The notes below the pieces were generated by a model, which ran no database searches, had not been told where the DNA came from, and saw only the letters and a list, made by a program, of their open reading frames with translations. DNA of 64,000 nucleotides from Candidatus Undinarchaeales archaeon (GTDB taxonomy: Archaea; SpSt-1190; JASMDC01). Below are positions 58,800 to 64,000 of this stretch, piece after piece. Numbering within the stretch: the first letter of the stretch is position 1; each line of letters opens with the position of its first letter. Location of the stretch: assembly GCA_030753015.1 (NCBI GenBank), contig JASMDC010000001.1, positions 1 to 64,000 on the forward strand. Reading direction: 5' to 3'. Made by a program: the position numbers and the translations under genes.

Positions 58800-60224
58800 G
58801 TGTTATTGATCGATAAGGATACAGATACTAATTGTCTATTAAAGGTCGGCATTATACTAATTATATTATTCTTTTTAATCATTCCACGCAACTCAATAAC
58901 ATGTGTAAGGCGCGAGGTGAGGCCTAGCTCCATTTTCCCTAGTTATTACGCCACAATTTCACCAACAACTCCACCCCAACCATCAATACCTCCATTAACA
59001 AAACCTCAAGAAATCTTCAATCCACGTGCTTTAGAGTATTCCCGTAAGTGGTCCCATGAGGAGAGTAATTATGAAAAGAAAGTAGATCAAGGATCTGCAT
59101 TCGAAGAAATGACAGGACTCAGAATTCTAGTGATGAGCAGCGGAAATCCCTTGATATTCTATGCCCCCCGTCATCAGTCTCAATCTATCGATTTTTATAA
59201 AGCCCAGAATTCGTGTAATCCAAGAATCAGCTCTCCTTATTACGCTCCACTAAATATCACCCGCCTCCCATCCCTACCCGTCACCATCCGCAACGTCACC
59301 CTCGCCAACGACACCCTCGCCCTGGAGCTCGTCATCGATGGCCATCCTTCGATCTACTTCCTGACGGATACGCCCTTGGACTACATCGAGTACCTCGCCG
59401 TGTGCTTGTGGGATGAGCTGGAGCGACGCAAGCCGCCCACCATCACGCTGGCCAACGGCACTGAGGCATTACTGTGGTCAGTGCGGCCAATATCGGATGT
59501 TACAGGCATGACTGAAGATGAGAGATTATTGTTCAGGGAGCGGTACGAGCGCATCTACGAGTGGGCTGAACTCAAGGATTTCACGAGCCCCAACTTCGAT
59601 GACCGTGGATTGCGTCGTCCACCGAAGAATGGGATTTTGAAATTTCTTTCATCACGTTCTCTCCGCGAGAGGCGGATGCTTCGAATGCGAGTTTTCTTCA
59701 CGGACAAGGGTGTTTTCGACCTTGACGACATGGACAAGCATAAAATCGATGACCTGCCAGTGAGACAGGACTACATCGATACCGTGAGAATGCTAGGACT
59801 CGATGTGGTCGACATTGTAGGCTCGAACAGTATCGTTGTGTTTGGTCCTCGGGAGGCGGCCCTGAAGCTCAATGACCTTCCGTATATTTCCAAGGTCAGC
59901 ACATCTTTATGTGGCTGCCATACTTGTTGTAAGATATACGAATGCTGGGGGACAGACGAGCGAATTGGATTTGACCTCGAAGAGCTAATGAAAGACCGCC
60001 GTGAAGTAGTGATTGAAATCGAGAGTTGCAATTGGGAATCACTTTGGAAAAAGATACGTTTTGTCAGTGGTCTCCGACAAGATGAGGTATTCAAGTGTAC
60101 GGATATCTTCATCGCCACACCAGACGCGGTACGACAATTAGCATCCCTTAATGAAGTGTCATGGATTAGTACTGTCTATTGCCACTCGGGTCCAGATCCC
60201 GATACTTCTTGCTGGCCATCATAA
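58800..60224 (+). CDS. Hypothetical membrane-anchored protein
   Basis: 474-aa ORF with an N-terminal TM, Pro-rich linker and AT-richer codons. Confidence 0.6.
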   Translation: MLLIDKDTDTNCLLKVGIILIILFFLIIPRNSITCVRREVRPSSIFPSYYATISPTTPPQPSIPPLTKPQEIFNPRALEYSRKWSHEESNYEKKVDQGSAFEEMTGLRILVMSSGNPLIFYAPRHQSQSIDFYKAQNSCNPRISSPYYAPLNITRLPSLPVTIRNVTLANDTLALELVIDGHPSIYFLTDTPLDYIEYLAVCLWDELERRKPPTITLANGTEALLWSVRPISDVTGMTEDERLLFRERYERIYEWAELKDFTSPNFDDRGLRRPPKNGILKFLSSRSLRERRMLRMRVFFTDKGVFDLDDMDKHKIDDLPVRQDYIDTVRMLGLDVVDIVGSNSIVVFGPREAALKLNDLPYISKVSTSLCGCHTCCKIYECWGTDERIGFDLEELMKDRREVVIEIESCNWESLWKKIRFVSGLRQDEVFKCTDIFIATPDAVRQLASLNEVSWISTVYCHSGPDPDTSCWPS

Positions 60225-60321
60225 TTGTCCGATTTGATGGAATCCGACATATTTCTATCACAGTGTGATTCTTATGAAAGGGAGAGAACAGACCATTATT
60301 TGTAACCGTTAGCGTACGGTC

Positions 60322-60470
60322 GTACAACAATCGGACTCACGGTTCCGGACCTCCGTTATACATTTCGGCCCTCCACCGACACGGCCCCACATCTCCTGAA
60401 GGTTGTTGATCCATACGTCGCTTGAGAATCGCCAGGCGGGGCCGCGTCAGTGAGTCCTTGGACGTTATCC
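60322..60470. repeat. attC-like imperfect palindrome 1
   Basis: GTACAAC-aatc-GGACTCAC ... GTGAGTCC-ttggac-GTTATCC, with inner stem GACACGGCCCC/GGGGCCGCGTC. Confidence 0.6.
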
Positions 60471-60555
60471 GAAAGCCCAAACGTACATTAATAGGAAAAA
60501 ATAAATAGAATCCGCTACATTAATATTAACAATATATTAAAAATGGTGTAGCAAA

Positions 60556-61056
60556 ATGGAAGGGCTCTCAAGCAAGGAGATCGAGATCGTTTCGTATCTT
60601 GAGCTTAATGGGAGGTTATTCTTCACCAAGAAAGATATCTTGCGATTCTTCAAGAACGAGAATGAGCTTGGCGTGTACCTTCATCGATTGAAGAAGAAGG
60701 GAAGGATACTGAAACTGAATAAGGAGAAATACTACCTCATACCCGTGAGAGCATTCCGGGGGCACTGGTCCGAGCACCCCTTCATAATCATTGATGAGAT
60801 GTTCAATGGGAAGGATTATGTGATTCGCGGAATGGCCGCTGCCCATTACTGGAGCCTTATCGAACAGATACCAACGACGATTGAAGTCCAATGTATGAAT
60901 CGGCAAGGGGAAAGAACGATCTTTAATTTCACGATTATCTTCAAGCGGACCCGGAAGAATAGTCTTCAAAAAGCTGTGAAAAGAAAGGTTAAGGGACATT
61001 CATTCCGCATTTCGCCGAGGGAGGATGTTGTAAATTGGCTGAACTCAAGAGGATGA
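60556..61056 (+). CDS. AbiEi-like type IV antitoxin / wHTH regulator
   Basis: LHRLKKKGRILKL..EKY, AAHYWSLIEQIP; ATGA-coupled to an AbiEii-like gene. Confidence 0.75.
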   Translation: MEGLSSKEIEIVSYLELNGRLFFTKKDILRFFKNENELGVYLHRLKKKGRILKLNKEKYYLIPVRAFRGHWSEHPFIIIDEMFNGKDYVIRGMAAAHYWSLIEQIPTTIEVQCMNRQGERTIFNFTIIFKRTRKNSLQKAVKRKVKGHSFRISPREDVVNWLNSRG

Positions 61057-61794
61057 CTGAAGCCCAGTTGCGTTACCTCGCGGGGGAGAAGGGTTTCAAT
61101 CTCATCTATCTGGAGAAGGATTATTTCCTTACGATGCTGCTTTTCTATCTCAAGGATATCAGAGGGATCGTGTTTAAGGGCGGAACCGCTCTCAACAAGA
61201 TATACCTTGACCTATAAGAGATTGAGCGAGGATTTGGACTTCTCATGTACGAGGGATATCCAGAGCATCAGGAGCCAGATAGAAATGATGTTGAAGAATC
61301 ACAGATCCTTCTTTTCTGCCATCTCTTTCGACAACATGACGGAAGACTCCACACGGATGATAATTCGCTACAACGGGTATTTTCAGAGGGACAGTTCATT
61401 GATTCTGGACCTGAACAGAAAGGCTTCGGTCATTCTCGAACCGTCGGAAACTAAAGTCCCTCACTTCTATGAACAGATACCGAAGTTCTCTATCACTACA
61501 CTCTGCTAGGATGAGCTTGTCGCAGAGAAAGTACGAGCAATGATAACAAGAAACCAGCCAAGAGACTACTTCGACATCTACATGATAATCTCGAGTAATA
61601 TGAAAATCAATATGGACCTCGTCAGAAGCAAGACCAAGGAGGCTCAGGAAGAGTTCAGTATCGAACGTATCTTCAATAATGCAAGGAAGATCTATTCGAG
61701 GTGGGAACAGGACATCGGCCACCTCACGAACGAATTCGTTGATTACCATACCGTTGTGAAGGCACTGCAGAAGGAATTCAAGTACAAGAAATGA
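61053..61794 (+). pseudogene. AbiEii/AbiGii nucleotidyltransferase toxin, disrupted
   Basis: EKDY, FKGGTAL, RLSEDLDF, AEKVRA, PRDYFDI. Disrupted by a +1 frameshift near 61211 and an in-frame TAG at 61507-61509. Confidence 0.85.
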
Positions 61795-61813
61795 TTATAT
61801 TCATTGGGCCTCC

Positions 61814-61949
61814 GGATAACAATCTGGCTTGTGGCTCGCTGAGCTACGCTCGCTCGCCAACAGCCCTCCAAGGAGCACACGAGCTCCTGTCTTGAACATA
61901 GCATCCGATTATCTTATGGGGGGCCGATGCAGGTCCTTATCCGTTAGCC
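61814..61949. repeat. attC-like imperfect palindrome 2
   Basis: GGATAAC-aatct-GGCTTGT ... GCAGGTCC-ttatcc-GTTAGCC, with internal hairpin GGCTTGTGGC...GAGC-tac-GCTC...GCCAACAGCC. Confidence 0.55.
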
Positions 61950-62005
61950 GACAGTGTGTTCGCTATTTGCATAACGAGATGACCTATCATCAAATATGTA
62001 GAACC

Positions 62006-62584
62006 TTATAGCTTGGGTAGGAGCCTTCCGGTCTTTTCCATGTATTCTTTATAATCGTCTCCGAACTCCTTCATCATCATCTCTTCTTCTCTGGGTATCC
62101 TTCGTATGTATAATGGGATGGACGCTAAAAAGAATGTGGGTCCTGCTATCCAGTTCTGTAGTAGCAGTGCCTGTGCGATCCCCCAAATTGAGTGTGCTGT
62201 ATACATGGGGTGTCGTATTTTTTTGTATACTCCCGTTGTTACTAGTGTTTGTTCTTCTTTGGTATCTGTTGTCAGTGAGAAGTTCTTTCCAAGATCACTA
62301 TGTGATCTCCATAGAAGCCATAGTGCGATCGCAAAGGTTGGTGCTCCAAGCCAGGCGATCCCTAGGGGTAGTTCGTAGTTGGCGAAGTCAAGCCTTTGTG
62401 TGAATATGTATAATAGGGGTAATATAAACATGGGGATGGCGACAAGGATCATTAGTGGCCCATCCGGTCCTTTGATGGCCTCCATTTTTTCTTTTTGTGT
62501 CATTCCTTTTAGGAAGTATTTTCTTATGATCGAGGCTATAAGTAGTCCAACCAGATATGCTACTTCTAGATTTGTGTCGATCAT
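62006..62584 (-). CDS. Isoprenylcysteine carboxylmethyltransferase (ICMT/Ste14) family
   Basis: LGKNFS, LVTTGVYKKIRHPMY, RIPREE, FGDDYKEY. Confidence 0.9.
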   Translation of the reverse strand: MIDTNLEVAYLVGLLIASIIRKYFLKGMTQKEKMEAIKGPDGPLMILVAIPMFILPLLYIFTQRLDFANYELPLGIAWLGAPTFAIALWLLWRSHSDLGKNFSLTTDTKEEQTLVTTGVYKKIRHPMYTAHSIWGIAQALLLQNWIAGPTFFLASIPLYIRRIPREEEMMMKEFGDDYKEYMEKTGRLLPKL

Positions 62585-62733
62585 TTTATTGGACTTCCCT
62601 TATTTGGTATCTACCTTTCAATCTGGTGTTATTTAATATCATCGAGAATACTTCCTCCTTTCGTCCTTTTTACCTTAAGAGTATCCGTTCAAGATGAATT
62701 ATTTTGCGGACCTCATAATGTCGGCTAGCAGGG

Positions 62734-62880
62734 GGTTATGCGGCGTCGCTTTTTCCTCCAGATGACAGTAAGGGGCACATATCAGTTGTCGCCCCTCCCG
62801 CCTTAGATAACGTCCATTTGTGAGTCCGAATTGCCCCGATCACCCCACGTCACAATAATGCAGGTTATACGGCGTCGTTT
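62734..62880. repeat. Direct repeat and fragments of the attC-like element
   Basis: GGTTATGCGGCGTCGCTT (62734-62751) vs GGTTATACGGCGTCGTTT (62863-62880). GATAACGTCCA and GTGAGTCCGA are reverse complements of parts of palindrome 1. Confidence 0.5.
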
Positions 62881-63397
62881 CGGGCGTTCAGGTTGTTGAT
62901 TGATCCTAAATGATATCGTATGCAGTTAAAATTCTACAAGACCGCCAATAACTGTTTACTCTATCATAATGAAACACAAGCTCGTATCCACGGTAACTAT
63001 TATCGATTGCTCCATTATCAAGACCGCCCTCTCCGCAATCGAGCTCAACGCTATCTGGCGCCATGACCTGACCGTGGGGGAGGCGGTCAATACGCTGCGT
63101 CCGGAAAAAAGGGCCGCATGAGGGGATCCAATGACCGCTATGTGTGCAGGCCACACCATCCATTAATAGAACGTGTTCGAGCGAGAAATCCCCTGTGTTT
63201 CGACCGTGAGATGAATCGCGTACCACCGACGGTGGGCGAACATGCATACAATAAACAGGCAGCCCCAATAAAAGTGGAAAAATAGTATTATTCTCGGATT
63301 CATATTTCAGTAAAAAATAGAATACTGGCACGCCGCCCCCCTTATGTATATAATGATGAATGACCTACTAATTATTAGGGGTGGATGTCAAGAATAC

Positions 63398-63853
63398 TCA
63401 CAAGGCCGGATTGTTGTTGTCCTTCGAGATGGAGAGCGCGGTCTCCAGCACGGTCAGGTAGCCACGCCTGGACGCCTCGGGCCGCTGCGGATCGGCAAAG
63501 GCCTCCTTGACCTCGGGAAGCCCGTACCCTGCGACGGCGATCTCGGTGACCAGCTCGATAAGGCCGTCCTCGCACCCGACGTAGTTTAGCGCCACGCCAC
63601 GCTCGACAACGCTGCCGTGCTCGCTCTCCGTGAGGCGCTCGTAGGGCTCCACACGATAGGTGGCGAAGGGCTCCGGGTGGTGCTGGCCAACGGTCTGGGC
63701 TATCAGGACGAGGTCCATGGGGAAGTTTCCGGAGCGCTCGGGCCGCTGATAGGGGGGCGGATCGTCTACACCGGACATCTCCACCTCCTGGACGTACATG
63801 AGGTGGGCGACCGCCCCATTGTCCTGGTTTTCATACGAGTTTTCGATCATCAT
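63398..63853 (-). CDS. Hypothetical protein
   Basis: 151-aa GC-rich ORF with a TATA-like element upstream; no recognised motif. Confidence 0.5.
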   Translation of the reverse strand: MMIENSYENQDNGAVAHLMYVQEVEMSGVDDPPPYQRPERSGNFPMDLVLIAQTVGQHHPEPFATYRVEPYERLTESEHGSVVERGVALNYVGCEDGLIELVTEIAVAGYGLPEVKEAFADPQRPEASRRGYLTVLETALSISKDNNNPAL

Positions 63854-64000
63854 AGGGCCTCCTGATACCGCCCAGTATTTAAGTGTTACTAATGGGTATG
63901 GTAAGAATAAGGTCTGTGAAGGGCTATTCCGCGGTCCTAACTAATAACAGATATTATTCGGCAGGGCCGCCGTACAGCGTTCACGCTGCCTTGGAGAGAG

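Noticed and set aside
61507-61509. Pyrrolysine or stop-codon reassignment
   Set aside because: The same gene also has a frameshift, and TAG and TGA terminate many intact genes here.
62906-63331. ORFs in the island's right part
   Set aside because: No recognisable motif or consistent strand signal, so they are left unannotated.

Overview
GC-rich archaeal DNA. The archaeal call rests on TATA-type promoters with leaderless starts, archaeal-type YchF, HerA/NurA, R15P isomerase, MetRS and a porGDAB operon. Left to right, the window holds: an IS200/IS605 tnpB/omegaRNA remnant; an arsenosugar-type cluster (ArsS, CMD, DedA, flavoprotein reductase, TIGR04282/04283); a block with four UbiU-like and one UbiV-like U32 Fe-S proteins, a GT-C glycosyltransferase and three radical SAM enzymes; housekeeping genes; a second tailoring block (fifth UbiU-like U32, QueD, MFS, PP-loop ATPase, two LPG-synthase-TM proteins, carbamoyltransferase, Tes-like radical SAM); and an AT-richer island at about 58.4-63.3 kb. 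There are two best candidates for new biology. The first is the expanded U32/radical SAM system: three U32 paralogs share an identical 17-bp promoter core exactly 16 nt upstream of a GTG start. The second is an integron-like cassette array with no integrase in the window: an AbiE toxin-antitoxin pair and an ICMT gene are each bounded by complementary GTT.../...AAC ends and separated by attC-like palindromes. All family calls come from motif recognition by eye; no database searches were run. No CRISPR array, rRNA or tRNA was recognised.
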